Shown here piece after piece: positions 52,701-62,736 of a stretch of 64,000 nucleotides of DNA (position 1 is the stretch's first letter; each line of letters starts with the position of its first letter). The stretch covers positions 226,119 to 290,118 of the forward strand of contig NIVC01001430.1 in assembly GCA_002269645.1 (NCBI GenBank). Direction: 5' to 3'. Under the pieces are notes generated by a model that saw nothing but the letters and a program-made list of their open reading frames with translations, was not told the DNA's origin and ran no database searches. Made by a program: the position numbers and the translations under genes. This DNA is from Macrostomum lignano (taxonomy: Eukaryota).

Positions 52701-53438
52701 TAGTGGGTCATTGAGTCCGTTAGTGGGTCATTGTCTCAGTTAGTGGGTCACTGAGTCAGTTAGTGAGTCATCGAGTCCGTTAGGGGTCATTGAGACCTTT
52801 AGTGGGTCATTGAAACCGTTAGTGGGTCACTAAGTCCGTCAGTAGGTCATTGAGTCCGTTAGTGGGTCATTGAGTCCGTTAGTGGGTCAGTCAGTGTTTG
52901 GATTGAGAGAAGCAGCAGGCAGGTAATTTAATGTGTTAACTTGTTTTATTTTGATTTTCTTTAGAATTTCCATAAGCACTACTTACTCCTAATCGGTTGA
53001 GTAGTATGCAATGTATAGTAAAAAAACTCGAATGGATCTTATCGATTTCTCTTCCCGCAGTCGTTCCCAGCCACGGTGTACAATATTCTGCGCACTGGCG
53101 AGAAACTCCAGTCAGACAGTGTGGCAGCGGGCAGCTCCTCGTCTGACTCTGCAGCCGCCGCCGCCACACCTTGTCCTGCCTGCGGTCTGTCGATGCAGCA
53201 ACAGCCATCTGGCGATGACGGTGGCAACGTCAGAAGCAATTGCAACGCTTTGCGAGCTCTTCGACTGTCGGAGAATCTGGCTAGATCCGGGGACTCTCCA
53301 GAGCCTTCGACTGCTGCTGCCGGTCTGTGGGCGAAGGAGGGCGGGCGCTACTGTTACAGCTGCTCTGTGCTGCTCAACGGCTGCTCGAAACGGGCCGTGC
53401 TTGAGGAGTGCCTGATTGATGCCGATGGCGCTGACTGA
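49775..53438 (+). CDS. CTU2: Cytoplasmic tRNA 2-thiolation protein 2 (CTU2/NCS2), 5' end unresolved
   Basis: Exons 49775-50030, 50642-50868, 51846-52224 and 53061-53438 (phases 0,2,0). Motifs CEKC, CRQCF..HQFRAGFGK..GERVLVGFSGG, RVLTGETASRLA, VRPLRQLTSAE, SFPATVYNILRTGEKL, CYSC. The frame is also open upstream to ~49700. Confidence 0.9.
50045..50590. repeat. Two adjacent 32-bp minisatellites in a CTU2 intron
   Basis: TGAGCCCCCTGGTTTCACTGGCCTCTGCTCCC (50052-50310), then GAGCTGGCACTCTCCTGAACCCCCAGCTTCCT (50309-50590). Confidence 0.95.
50925..51800. repeat. ~23-bp minisatellite in a CTU2 intron
   Basis: Unit TTTGTCACTCCAATCCGCTCCCG. Confidence 0.95.
52240..52895. repeat. ~20-bp minisatellite with higher-order blocks in a CTU2 intron
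   Basis: Unit GTTAGTGGGTCATTGAGTCC. Confidence 0.93.
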
Positions 53439-53484
53439 GTGGTTGCTGTTGATTGATTGACCGGCTGGGAGGACATAATACTGT

Positions 53485-53486
53485 AC

Positions 53487-53520
<34 letters not shown>

Positions 53521-55325
53521 GATTTGGTTGATCAATTTATTGACTAAATGGTTGGTTGATTGATTGATTGATTGTCTAAATGGTTGATTGATTGATTGAT
53601 TGATTGTCTAAATGGTTGATTGATTGATTGACTAAATGGTTGATTGATTGATTGACTAAATGGTTGATTGATTGATTGTCTAAATGGTTGATTGATTGAT
53701 TGTCTAAATGGTTGATTGATTGATTGTCTAAATGGTTGATTGATTGATTGATTGTCTAAATGTTTGATTGATTGATTGTCTAAATGGTTAATTGATTGAT
53801 TGACTGTCTAAATGACTGATTGATTGTCTAAATGGTTGATTGATTGATTGACTAAATGGTTGATTGATTGATTGTCTAAATGGTTGATTGATTGATTGTC
53901 TAAATGGTTGATTGATTGATTGTCTAAATGGTTGATTGATTGATTGATTGTCTAAATGTTTGATTGATTGATTGTCTAAATGGTTAATTGATTGATTGAC
54001 TGTCTAAATGACTGATTGATTGTCTAAATGGTTGATTGATTGATTGACTAAATGGTTGATTGATTGATTGTCTAAATGGTTGATTGATTGATTGTCTAAA
54101 TGGTTGATTGATTGATTGTCTAAATGGTTGATTGATTGATTGATTGTCTAAATGTTTGATTGATTGATTGTCTAAATGGTTAATTGATTGATTGACTGTC
54201 TAAATGACTGATTGATTGTCTAAATGGTTGATTGATTGATTGACAAAATGGTTGATTGATTGATTGACTAAATGGTTGATTGATTGATTGTCTAAATGGT
54301 TGATTGATTGATTGTCTAAATGGTTGATTGATTGATTGATTGTCTAAATGTTTGATTGATTGATTGTCTAAATGGTTAATTGATTGATTGACTGTCTAAA
54401 TGATTGATTGATTGTCTAAATGGTTGATTGATTGATTGACTAAATGGTTGATTGATTGATTGACTAAATGGTTGATTGATTGATTGTCTAAATGGTTGAT
54501 TGATTGATTGTCTAAATGGTTGATTGATTGATTGACTAAATGGTTGATTGATTGATTGACTAAATGGTTGATTGATTGATTGTCTAAATGGTTGATTGAT
54601 TGATTGACTGATTGACTGACTAAATGGTTGATTGATTGATTGACTAAATGGTTGATTGATTGATTGTCTAAATGGTTGATTGATTGATTGTCTAAATGTT
54701 TGATTGATTGATTGTCTAAATGGTTAATTGATTGATTGACTGTCTAAATGACTGATTGATTGTCTAAATGGTTGATTGATTGATTGACAAAATGGTTGAT
54801 TGATTGATTGACTAAATGGTTGATTGATTGATTGTCTAAATGGTTGATTGATTGATTGACTGATTGACTGACTAAATGGTTGATTGATTGATTGACTAAA
54901 TGGTTGATTGATTGATTGTCTAAATGGTTGATTGATTGATTGTCTAAATGTTTGATTGATTGATTGTCTAAATGGTTGATTGATTGATTGTCTAAATGGT
55001 TGATTGATTGATTGTCTAAATGTTTGATTGATTGATTGTCTAAATGGTTAATTGATTGATTGACTGTCTAAATGACTGATTGATTGTCTAAATGGTTGAT
55101 TGATTGATTGACTAAATGGTTGATTGACTGATTGTCTAAATGGTTGATTGATTGATTGTCTAAATGGTTGATTGATTGATTGTCTAAATGGTTAATTGAC
55201 TGATTGACTGACTAAATGGTTGATTGGTTGGCTAAATGGTTGATTGACTGATTGTCTAAATGGTTGATTGATTGATTGACTGATTGACTGACTAAATGAT
55301 TGATTGATTGGCTAAAGGGTTGATT
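53485..55325. repeat. (TTGA)n-based compound satellite punctuated by TCTAAATGG
   Basis: Directly visible ~24-bp periodicity. Confidence 0.97.
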
Positions 55326-55745
55326 TGATATTGCATTGGTTACGAAGATGATTTATCTATTTACTTGATTGATTGTTGAGCTGACAGGCCGACTGAATTT
55401 TTAATTAAGGCAACCAGGATTGAGACTGATTTTTAAAAACATATTTAATGTGCTCCAACTGCATTCTTAATTTGAATTTTCGGTGTTTTGTCTATTTCTA
55501 TTTGCTGTACTTATATATTTATGGTAACTGTTGAAAATAAAAATGCTTCAATTTGAAAACTTCTCTTGACAAAGAAATTATTGCATATTTGAAAGTCGGT
55601 AACTTTTGTCTTGAGCAAATTTGTTTTTCTCAGCCGGCCAAAGATTCTGATTGGCTGCGTGCAGATCTACGATCTCGTATTAAATATGCACGCCTGAGCC
55701 GTCTCAAGAACTTCCATCTCATCTGCTGCGAAATCGTCAGCAACC

Positions 55746-55885
55746 ATGCCTTCGTGCAACAATGACTCGCGAAATTTCACTTCATCGTCAGCTGTTGAAA
55801 AACTGGCCCAGCCTCTGTTGCTCTTGTCCGGAGCTCTGCCGGCCGCTGCTAGCGCTGTGCTTGCAGTTATTGTGCATCGAAACAG
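55746..55885 (+). CDS. Putative first coding exon of a host membrane protein (GPCR-like N-terminus plus TM1)
   Basis: MPSCNNDSRNFTSSSAVEKLAQPLLLLSGALPAAASAVLAVIVHRNR has NxS/T sequons and one hydrophobic helix. Upstream TTTTCTCAG acceptor (~55633) and AG|GTGAGT donor at 55886. Confidence 0.5.
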
Positions 55886-56206
55886 GTGAGTAGTATTATT
55901 AAATTACACGCACCCCACATTTTTACATGTAAAAATGAATATAGTCCCCACCTACACTCGAACTGTAATACGCCTCCGTCAGTTCGAGCTAACGAACGAA
56001 ACGCAACTCGCCCAAGCCGGCGTTCGATAAGGTACAAATCTTAGCTTTCTTATCTTAATACGACACACTAACCAACACTAGCGTTCTCCCAAAAGAAATA
56101 TTGAATTCAAAGTCCAATTCTTCCTTAGCCTTGGCCATTTATTTCTGCAAAGTATATTTGACTGAATTCGCCGCAAGTCCATACGCATTAAAAACGAGTA
56201 AGCAAA

Positions 56207-56752
56207 TTACCGCAATCTAATACGCAGATAGTTCATCGCGAAAGAACGCAAACGATTATAACAGCGCTTAAACAGATTCTCGGCGCCACCACCACTAATC
56301 ATGCTCGCTAGAAAATCCTTCAAACCACCACCACGATGCAGTTTAAAGTATAAATAAAACAAAACCCATATACCACAGTGCAGACTTGTTGGTTCTTGAA
56401 TAGCAAAACGCGAATATTCCCAATTTCCCCCTCCACAATTCCGTATAAACCACCGACGTATTAACTCACATGGATTTAACCCCAAGGAATCGAAATACTC
56501 TCCCTTCCTAGAGCCCCTCCTACCCAACCTAAAACCCCCCACCCATAACAAAACCCAATGAGAACCCGGCAAATTTGAAGTATCGGTATTCACGATCAGA
56601 AAATAATGCCTTCTGTCTCTCGGGATTCGCGGGATACTACTCAACAAATCGACAGGAAAAATACCCAAAAAACAAACGTCTTTAAAACCGTTACATAGAA
56701 TAATCACAACACGTTGCAAGAACAAGTTCGTTACACCTTCGCCTCGCCTCAT
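56207..56752 (-). CDS. Adenain-like cysteine maturation protease, 181 aa
   Basis: NTDTSNLPGSHW, EYFDSLG and QEPTSLHCG give the His/Asp/Cys triad. The ATG overlaps the MCP stop (ATGA). AATAAA lies at 56138-56143. Confidence 0.92.
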   Translation of the reverse strand: MRRGEGVTNLFLQRVVIILCNGFKDVCFLGIFPVDLLSSIPRIPRDRRHYFLIVNTDTSNLPGSHWVLLWVGGFRLGRRGSRKGEYFDSLGLNPCELIRRWFIRNCGGGNWEYSRFAIQEPTSLHCGIWVLFYLYFKLHRGGGLKDFLASMISGGGAENLFKRCYNRLRSFAMNYLRIRLR

Positions 56753-58071
56753 TTCCAAGCGGTTCCTGGCACAACGTCCCGCAGTTCGGTAATCTGTAGT
56801 TGCTTGTCGAAAACACCACCGAAAATAACGTTATAGACCTCCGCTGTAGCCGTTCCAAAACGCATCTCCAGTCGGACATTCCCTTCCTTATACAATTGTA
56901 CCGCCGGCGCAACTCCCCCGTCAGATCCTAACGAATACGCGAGTATCGTATACCCTCCGTTGTAGTCCGCCATCGAGAACCCCAAATCCCGTCCTTGTAA
57001 ATACAAACCCAGTTGTTGACGCAGAGTTGTATACTCCTTTGCACAATCCCCTGTGAAGTCGAATTGACTAGGCCGTGTCGGTACCGCCTCACCATTTACG
57101 TAAACTCCAACGCTGATCAAATTCGCATGCACGAAATTGAACGGATTTGTCGCCAGACTTCCATTAAATGCAGTATTTCCAACGACTACCACCAGCAAAA
57201 GACGTGGCACTCCGCTCGGAAACAGATTTTCGTGCGTATGGCTTAACGACCCTTGCGGTATTGTGAACGTACCCAATGATAAACTGCGATGAGGGTACAA
57301 GGCATTATGGGTCTTCAAACCATGTGCATGGGCTCCAATCACACTGGCAGATGGCTGAACATACCGCAAACGAAGCTCCGCACTCTGAATCTCAACCTCG
57401 TAATCCTTTAACACTGCCTCACCAATCTGTGCGGCACTTAACACGAATTTGCTCTTTGCCGGTAGTAACTTTATCCGCAAAGGCGTCTTTGACAACAAAT
57501 ACCGTGGCTGACGAAATAGATCCAAAAACAAAGGCCCTGAAACCGTACAAGTTCTCCCACCCGCAATTAGTGCCTGTCGCTTCACTCGCCCAACGTTCGC
57601 GACGCCGGTGGCATTCATTTTTCCAGCAGTGTCCTTGTAAAATCCCCAGGCAGCCAATCCGCCGTCTTGTCCCAACCGACCATACTCCAAAAGCGTCAGA
57701 AGCATGGCCTTGTACGGATACATGAAGCTCCCGCCTTCAACGACCGTATCTCCTATCCGCAATTGCACGTCTTCGAACAGCGTACTCACCACCATGTTAT
57801 TCAGACAGACATAGTTTTTCGCAGCATCCACAGCCCCTCCACTCTCGTCTACTACTCGGATTCCAACAGTTAGAACTGTTTCTTGTAAGTCGACATACAA
57901 ATCTCCAGCCGGTACAATCTCGAACTCAATTGGCCCTCCTTGCGTAATCCCATGTTGAGGCTGTATATCCGTGTAGCGACTGTCCACAACACTGAATTGT
58001 ACTGGTGGGCTGTCAAATAACGTCAACTCACTTTTCAATCCAGCGACGTCAGGCCCCAACAACTGATCCAT
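56749..58071 (-). CDS. Double jelly-roll major capsid protein, 440 aa, intact
   Basis: KSELTLFDSPPVQ, GPIEFEI, MYPYKAMLLTLL, DLFRQPRYLL and NPFNFVH, all Polinton MCP motifs. Confidence 0.92.
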   Translation of the reverse strand: MDQLLGPDVAGLKSELTLFDSPPVQFSVVDSRYTDIQPQHGITQGGPIEFEIVPAGDLYVDLQETVLTVGIRVVDESGGAVDAAKNYVCLNNMVVSTLFEDVQLRIGDTVVEGGSFMYPYKAMLLTLLEYGRLGQDGGLAAWGFYKDTAGKMNATGVANVGRVKRQALIAGGRTCTVSGPLFLDLFRQPRYLLSKTPLRIKLLPAKSKFVLSAAQIGEAVLKDYEVEIQSAELRLRYVQPSASVIGAHAHGLKTHNALYPHRSLSLGTFTIPQGSLSHTHENLFPSGVPRLLLVVVVGNTAFNGSLATNPFNFVHANLISVGVYVNGEAVPTRPSQFDFTGDCAKEYTTLRQQLGLYLQGRDLGFSMADYNGGYTILAYSLGSDGGVAPAVQLYKEGNVRLEMRFGTATAEVYNVIFGGVFDKQLQITELRDVVPGTAWK

Positions 58072-58464
58072 CTACTTGCCAAACAAACTGAATAACTTTT
58101 TAGTCGTGGCGCTCGGCTTTTTCTTTTTACGTATGCGTCTAACTCGCCGACCACGTCCAACCTGTTTTTTTACCGCAGGTGTCTTTCTGCTTATACCCTT
58201 TTTCCTGACTCGTCGTCGCTTAACCACAACTGGTCCATCAGTAGTCGTCAATCTACGTTTCTTACCCATTCCAATCGTCTTCTTCAGGAAGCTTAAACCG
58301 CCCTCTACTAAATCCTTCCGAGCTCTACGTAGCACGGGATATATCACTCTCTCTGTTAAATTCGTCAAATATCCGTATCCCTCGTACACAGGTATCGAAC
58401 TCGACCCACCACCCGTCCGCGGCTGTGTACTAGGTCCCGAATAGAATGCAAAAACCGGATCCAT
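58072..58464 (-). CDS. Basic core-like protein, 130 aa
   Basis: Gly motifs (RTGGG, YEGYG, VEGG) and an R/K-rich C-terminus. Its TAG directly abuts the MCP ATG. Confidence 0.75.
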   Translation of the reverse strand: MDPVFAFYSGPSTQPRTGGGSSSIPVYEGYGYLTNLTERVIYPVLRRARKDLVEGGLSFLKKTIGMGKKRRLTTTDGPVVVKRRRVRKKGISRKTPAVKKQVGRGRRVRRIRKKKKPSATTKKLFSLFGK

Positions 58465-58493
58465 GAATGCCGAGCGAAACTATACGTCAAAAT

Positions 58494-59636
58494 CTACTTA
58501 AAGTGCTTTGCTAATACCCGTGCTGTCTCTTTATCTAGATCTGATTCAGCCAACCACTGACCTCTCGAGTCGGGCATTCCCTCCCACTTGACAAAATATC
58601 GCCTGCCCTTCTTCCCCATACGCTCAACACGCTCGACCCGATCAATTTTAACAACCTCCGCCTCAGGTTCAGCCACTAGAAGCAGTTCACCTTGGTTGAA
58701 TCGACCCTCCAACACTGTCGAATCGTCCTCGGGGTCTAACAGACCATAAGACGGTGGCTTCGTAGAATACACCCGATGAATTCGATACACCCTATTACTC
58801 CATGTCGTTGTGTAACCCTTCTCAAATTTTCCCTTTTGACGTGCAAGTCGTACCCAATCACCAACCTTAAAACGCGGAATAGGCCTCACATCGTCGCCAT
58901 ACAACTCCTCCCACACCATGCCCTGCAGATGGCCATCCGCACTCACATCAATGGGGCTACGACCATTTAAACTGCGGTGTGGAGAGTTATTCAACGCAAG
59001 CTCTAATTTTGGTAGAACATCAAACCACCGGGCCAGATTTCGAGTCCGAAATAGTCGTAGTAATCGCTCCTTCACGGTGCGTATCAATCGCTCAGCCATG
59101 CTCGCTTTGTAGGTACTCTGACTTACGAAAAATCGTACGCCCTCACGCTTTAACATCGACTGAGTTTCTCGCCCAAGAAACTCTCGACCAGCATCGCCTT
59201 GTAAGTACAGCGGTTTAAACCCCGTGCGGAATATCTCATACAATACACGGCTCACCTCACTTGGCTTCTTCGTCTTCAAAGCTCTCAAGCGAGCCAACCT
59301 AGTGAAACAGTCGACTAATACGAGGATGTACCTGTAACCACGGTTTTCGTCCTGATATTGCGGTAAGTCTGCCAAATCAATCTGCATTTGAAATTTTGCA
59401 ACGGGCGGTAGTTGTATTTTCGGAGTTTTGAACTTCCGATTCGACTTCTGGAACAGATGTATCTCCTTCGTCCTACGCACCCACTTGTCAACAACAGCCT
59501 TGGCTTTTTTTTGCGTTAACTCCGGATACCTCCGCCTCAAAACTCGTATAAATTGCTTCTTATTACCACTAAACGCAGTAGGGCGTTCCAAGTCGAAAAA
59601 TGCCACGTCCAGAAACTTAAAAAAAATCGCTTCCAT
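58494..59636 (-). CDS. Retroviral-like (rve) DDE integrase with C-terminal chromodomain, 380 aa, intact
   Basis: QIDLAD, QGDAGREF and MAERLIRTVK supply D,D,E. Chromodomain-like RYFVKWEGMPDSRGQWL. Confidence 0.93.
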   Translation of the reverse strand: MEAIFFKFLDVAFFDLERPTAFSGNKKQFIRVLRRRYPELTQKKAKAVVDKWVRRTKEIHLFQKSNRKFKTPKIQLPPVAKFQMQIDLADLPQYQDENRGYRYILVLVDCFTRLARLRALKTKKPSEVSRVLYEIFRTGFKPLYLQGDAGREFLGRETQSMLKREGVRFFVSQSTYKASMAERLIRTVKERLLRLFRTRNLARWFDVLPKLELALNNSPHRSLNGRSPIDVSADGHLQGMVWEELYGDDVRPIPRFKVGDWVRLARQKGKFEKGYTTTWSNRVYRIHRVYSTKPPSYGLLDPEDDSTVLEGRFNQGELLLVAEPEAEVVKIDRVERVERMGKKGRRYFVKWEGMPDSRGQWLAESDLDKETARVLAKHFK

Positions 59637-59663
59637 CCTCCGTATTAGCGGCTCTCCAAATTT

Positions 59664-59837
59664 TTATGATGCAGAACCCACATTAGTATTGCAACAGTTA
59701 AAACTTGCCTTTACCGTTACGTCTCCGTCAGGCTCCTCTGCGCGCAGTACGCGTTCCAATAAATTCGCAATGCAACCACCCTCCCCCAAAAAACAAATTC
59801 TAAAACGCTTGTACAACCACTGAAACACATTCGCCAT
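59664..59837 (-). CDS. Small viral ORF, 57 aa (below the ORF-track cutoff)
   Basis: MANVFQWLYKRF...ILMWGSAS. It fills the intergenic gap, and its ATG lies 34 nt downstream of a TATAAGCA motif. Confidence 0.5.
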   Translation of the reverse strand: MANVFQWLYKRFRICFLGEGGCIANLLERVLRAEEPDGDVTVKASFNCCNTNVGSAS

Positions 59838-59880
59838 CCCCAGACTCGATATATTTCACGTAAAATACAATGCTTATACA

Positions 59881-60552
59881 TTACGCTAGAGTCTCATAAT
59901 CTTCCAAGGCTTGCAAGTCCCCACCGCGCGACTCTGACTCGGGAGTAGGTTCCATGGGTGTTCCTTCCTCCAGAACGTTTCGCATATGCCGCCCTAGCAT
60001 CGACGGTGGAATTGATTCCCTGCGAAGCAGTGAGACGAAACGTTCCAGCTCTGCCGCCGGAGGCGATCTCCCTCGTTTCAATGGTTGGTCGCGAGTGACA
60101 TACTCTACTAGCTCGTCAAAATCTCCTCCTCCAATCTCATTCGCAGCACCTGTCAGCCTTGCCTTCAGACGGTCGAAACGTGGTTGTACATTACGGGGGA
60201 GTCGCCTCCCCTTCTCGGTCTCACCCTCCGTCGGGCCATCATGACCAACGGATGAGCGAACCTCTGGCGGGGTCTCACCATTCTTATTGTACAGAGACCG
60301 CGTTTGTAGCAACCGACTCTCCAAATCAGTTCTTTCCAACTGTGCGGTTGTAGGCTGCAGACTAGTCGATTCACCAATCTCCCGGTCAAGCCTATTCATC
60401 TCACCTTGCATTTCAACAATATTCTTACCCAAAGCGTCCACAGGTCCGTCCAATACTCCCGTCCTTCGCTCATCTTTCGACGTACATTCCAAATAAGCCT
60501 GCAACGGCAGCAAAACCATTCGCTGAAGAGTTCCTCCTCTATTGACTGGCAT
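59881..60552 (-). CDS. Viral protein of unknown function, 223 aa
   Basis: Intact ORF starting 1 nt after the upstream stop. RMVLLP N-terminal motif and a probable coiled coil. Confidence 0.75.
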   Translation of the reverse strand: MPVNRGGTLQRMVLLPLQAYLECTSKDERRTGVLDGPVDALGKNIVEMQGEMNRLDREIGESTSLQPTTAQLERTDLESRLLQTRSLYNKNGETPPEVRSSVGHDGPTEGETEKGRRLPRNVQPRFDRLKARLTGAANEIGGGDFDELVEYVTRDQPLKRGRSPPAAELERFVSLLRRESIPPSMLGRHMRNVLEEGTPMEPTPESESRGGDLQALEDYETLA

Positions 60553-60553
60553 A

Positions 60554-60991
60554 TTACCTACGCCGTCCGGCCCGAATTGCTCGAACTAGATTTGCCGTCC
60601 CCGCAGCCGTACCGGCCAATCCCGATGTAATCCCTAGAGCCGTGCCAATGGCTGGCAAAGCAGAAATTATCGGAGCAAGAAACGGCAGGAAACCACCACG
60701 CTGTACCAAAATTTCCTTCCTGGCTCTAGTTGATTTTTTCTCCTTCAACAATTCTTGTATCGGTTTCCGATAGCGTTCTAAACGTTTCTTGTCACACGAC
60801 TTTAACGGCACGCGTCCTTTTACGATATTCAAAAGAAACTCAACCAGGCAACGCACCTCGCCCGGACTTAAACTTCGCAGAAATCGCTTGCGCTGGTCCA
60901 ATCCCCGAAGCCTCGCGACAACTTGCAATAGGAAGGCACACTGGGACAATGATCGCGCGCTTTGTACGCTCTTTTCTGTCAGCCCGGTCAT
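60554..60991 (-). CDS. Core/pX(mu)-like precursor, 145 aa
   Basis: Basic N-terminal domain, then QRGG|FLPFLAPIISALPAIG...RRR, resembling adenovirus pX (MRGG|ILPLLIPLIAAAIGAVPG) and a conserved Polinton protein. Confidence 0.78.
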   Translation of the reverse strand: MTGLTEKSVQSARSLSQCAFLLQVVARLRGLDQRKRFLRSLSPGEVRCLVEFLLNIVKGRVPLKSCDKKRLERYRKPIQELLKEKKSTRARKEILVQRGGFLPFLAPIISALPAIGTALGITSGLAGTAAGTANLVRAIRAGRRR

Positions 60992-61035
60992 TGTCTATCA
61001 TGCCTTCTACTGATTCCGACTGTACTTGCTTATAA

Positions 61036-61440
61036 TCAATCGTCTCGTACCCTGAAGTGCAGCACAGCAATCACATGGCTTCCATCAGGGAAATTCAAAT
61101 CTTGCCCCCGTTGGTCGGCCAGACGAATGGAGATCTCATTAATGTAGCTCCGATTTGTCCGCAAGTAATATGGCGTCTGCAAAGCATTTCCGTCTCGTCG
61201 AAATATTCCGTTCTTTTCCTGGCGAAACTCAACCACGCGAAGTAGCGGAACCTGACGACTTCCAACCATTTGATATTCAACAATGTCGCTATAGCAGTAC
61301 ATGTAAACACTCCGCAGTATCGCTTCGGGTATTCTATCCAAATAGACCTTCGTCAGACCCCACGCACGATTTTTCCTCCAATACTCAACCACCTCCTTTA
61401 ACGTATCCCCGGCAGGCCGTATTACCTGCGTACTCTTCAT
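61036..61440 (-). CDS. Minor capsid (penton) C-terminal half, 134 aa from the ATG at 61440
   Basis: YSDIVEYQMVGSRQVPLLRVV...EISIRLADQRGQDLNF...VLHFR, a Polinton mCP signature. Confidence 0.85.
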   Translation of the reverse strand: MKSTQVIRPAGDTLKEVVEYWRKNRAWGLTKVYLDRIPEAILRSVYMYCYSDIVEYQMVGSRQVPLLRVVEFRQEKNGIFRRDGNALQTPYYLRTNRSYINEISIRLADQRGQDLNFPDGSHVIAVLHFRVRDD

Positions 61441-61991
61441 CCAGACGGCGAAACCAGGTTCCAAACAGCACGAAAATCGTACCAATTCGAATCTAATATA
61501 CCTGCCTCGTCCATTGCATTCGTTATGTTCGTCCAGGATTCACCCGCCGCATCCGCGGGTTGGGTGCGTCCGTCGTGAGCTGTCAAACCCCACGTACTGA
61601 AACCAAAGCATGTCAAAAAACTCCTTGGCAGTTCAATGCCCATACGTCGGCTGCCGGAATTTCGCAAATACCAAACATATGCTTTAGTAGCCGGCGTCCA
61701 CGACAAGTGTACCTCCAAATCATCGGCCTGCCAGACCTTACCCAAGAAGACTTCATCTGTTTTCTCGATAATTTTCTCGATGTTGCAATAATATATCACC
61801 TTCACCTCTTCTCGAAGTTCCGCCGAGGAAGTTTCCGCCGGCGGGCTGTTACATAGCAAATCCACCAAAGCCACTTCATACTTCCCAGCCGGCGCTAGAT
61901 TCAATGGTGTAGTTAGCCGCACCCGAAACTCGTGCGCAGAATTGGTCGGATAACTACGATCGTTTGACGGAATAAACACAAAGAAACTCAT
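61437..61991 (-). CDS. Minor capsid (penton) N-terminal half, 184 aa
   Basis: FFVFIPSNDRSYPTNSAHEFRVRLTTPLNL...YEVALVDL, a Polinton mCP N-terminal signature. Confidence 0.85.
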   Translation of the reverse strand: MSFFVFIPSNDRSYPTNSAHEFRVRLTTPLNLAPAGKYEVALVDLLCNSPPAETSSAELREEVKVIYYCNIEKIIEKTDEVFLGKVWQADDLEVHLSWTPATKAYVWYLRNSGSRRMGIELPRSFLTCFGFSTWGLTAHDGRTQPADAAGESWTNITNAMDEAGILDSNWYDFRAVWNLVSPSG

Positions 61992-62021
61992 AATCTCACC
62001 CCATAAGCTGTAGCCGCTTCC

Positions 62022-62735
62022 TCAAAACTTGCTTATAATATCCTCCTCCTTGATAGTCTCCGGACGCATATAAACAACCTGGTGAGTGTCACTCGGAAAG
62101 ACATTCGTCCGTATGCGTATCATATCCGGCGTGTCCTGTCGTAAGTCTATGAAGAGATAGCTGAAGGCCTTGTCACCCGTCGCGTCGTCATAAGCCTGCA
62201 CCAGAAATCTACTAGCTCGGGGGTACATCTGCCGACCCAAATGTTCAACGGCGCTACGATCCCTAACATTTCGGCTTAAACAGATATAACTCGTCGATAA
62301 ACTTCTTTTTCTTGCCTCAGGATCCGCAGGGTCAAACAAATTTTGGCACAAATAAAGACAAGTCAATGGCGTATGATGAGCCAATTTGGTGAATACAGCG
62401 GTAAAAGCGCGTTGCTTTGCAACTTCACCCTGCAAATCATCAACAACGACTAAATCGTGCGGCTTGAATCTAGCCAACAACTGATCGGGGAATCCCTGTA
62501 CGAAGTGACATTCGCCACTTCCACCCAATGTCCAACATTCTCGAACTCGTTTTTCCTCAGACGAATGTAACTCTGTACCGTGACACCAAATTAGACGCCT
62601 TGGTACTACTCGAAACAGACCCAAGCGCTCCCTTACCAGTCGAAGCACCCATTCAGTCTTTCCCGAATTCGAAGGACCTGCGACGATAAACGTCGAGTCA
62701 TGAGCAAATCGCAAGTCGAATGTACGCCTGTCCAT
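62022..62735 (-). CDS. A32/FtsK-like DNA packaging ATPase, 237 aa, intact
   Basis: Walker A GPSNSGKT, Walker B LVVVDD, then AHH, LCQNLF and YLFIDL. Confidence 0.93.
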   Translation of the reverse strand: MDRRTFDLRFAHDSTFIVAGPSNSGKTEWVLRLVRERLGLFRVVPRRLIWCHGTELHSSEEKRVRECWTLGGSGECHFVQGFPDQLLARFKPHDLVVVDDLQGEVAKQRAFTAVFTKLAHHTPLTCLYLCQNLFDPADPEARKRSLSTSYICLSRNVRDRSAVEHLGRQMYPRASRFLVQAYDDATGDKAFSYLFIDLRQDTPDMIRIRTNVFPSDTHQVVYMRPETIKEEDIISKF

Positions 62736-62736
62736 T

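Noticed and set aside
53485-55325. Pbx/Hox TGATTGAT site array
   Set aside because: An inevitable consequence of a (TTGA)n microsatellite, with no independent support.
59637-59642. Shine-Dalgarno-like GGAGG before the integrase ATG
   Set aside because: Zero spacing, a single instance and a eukaryotic virus context. Probably chance.
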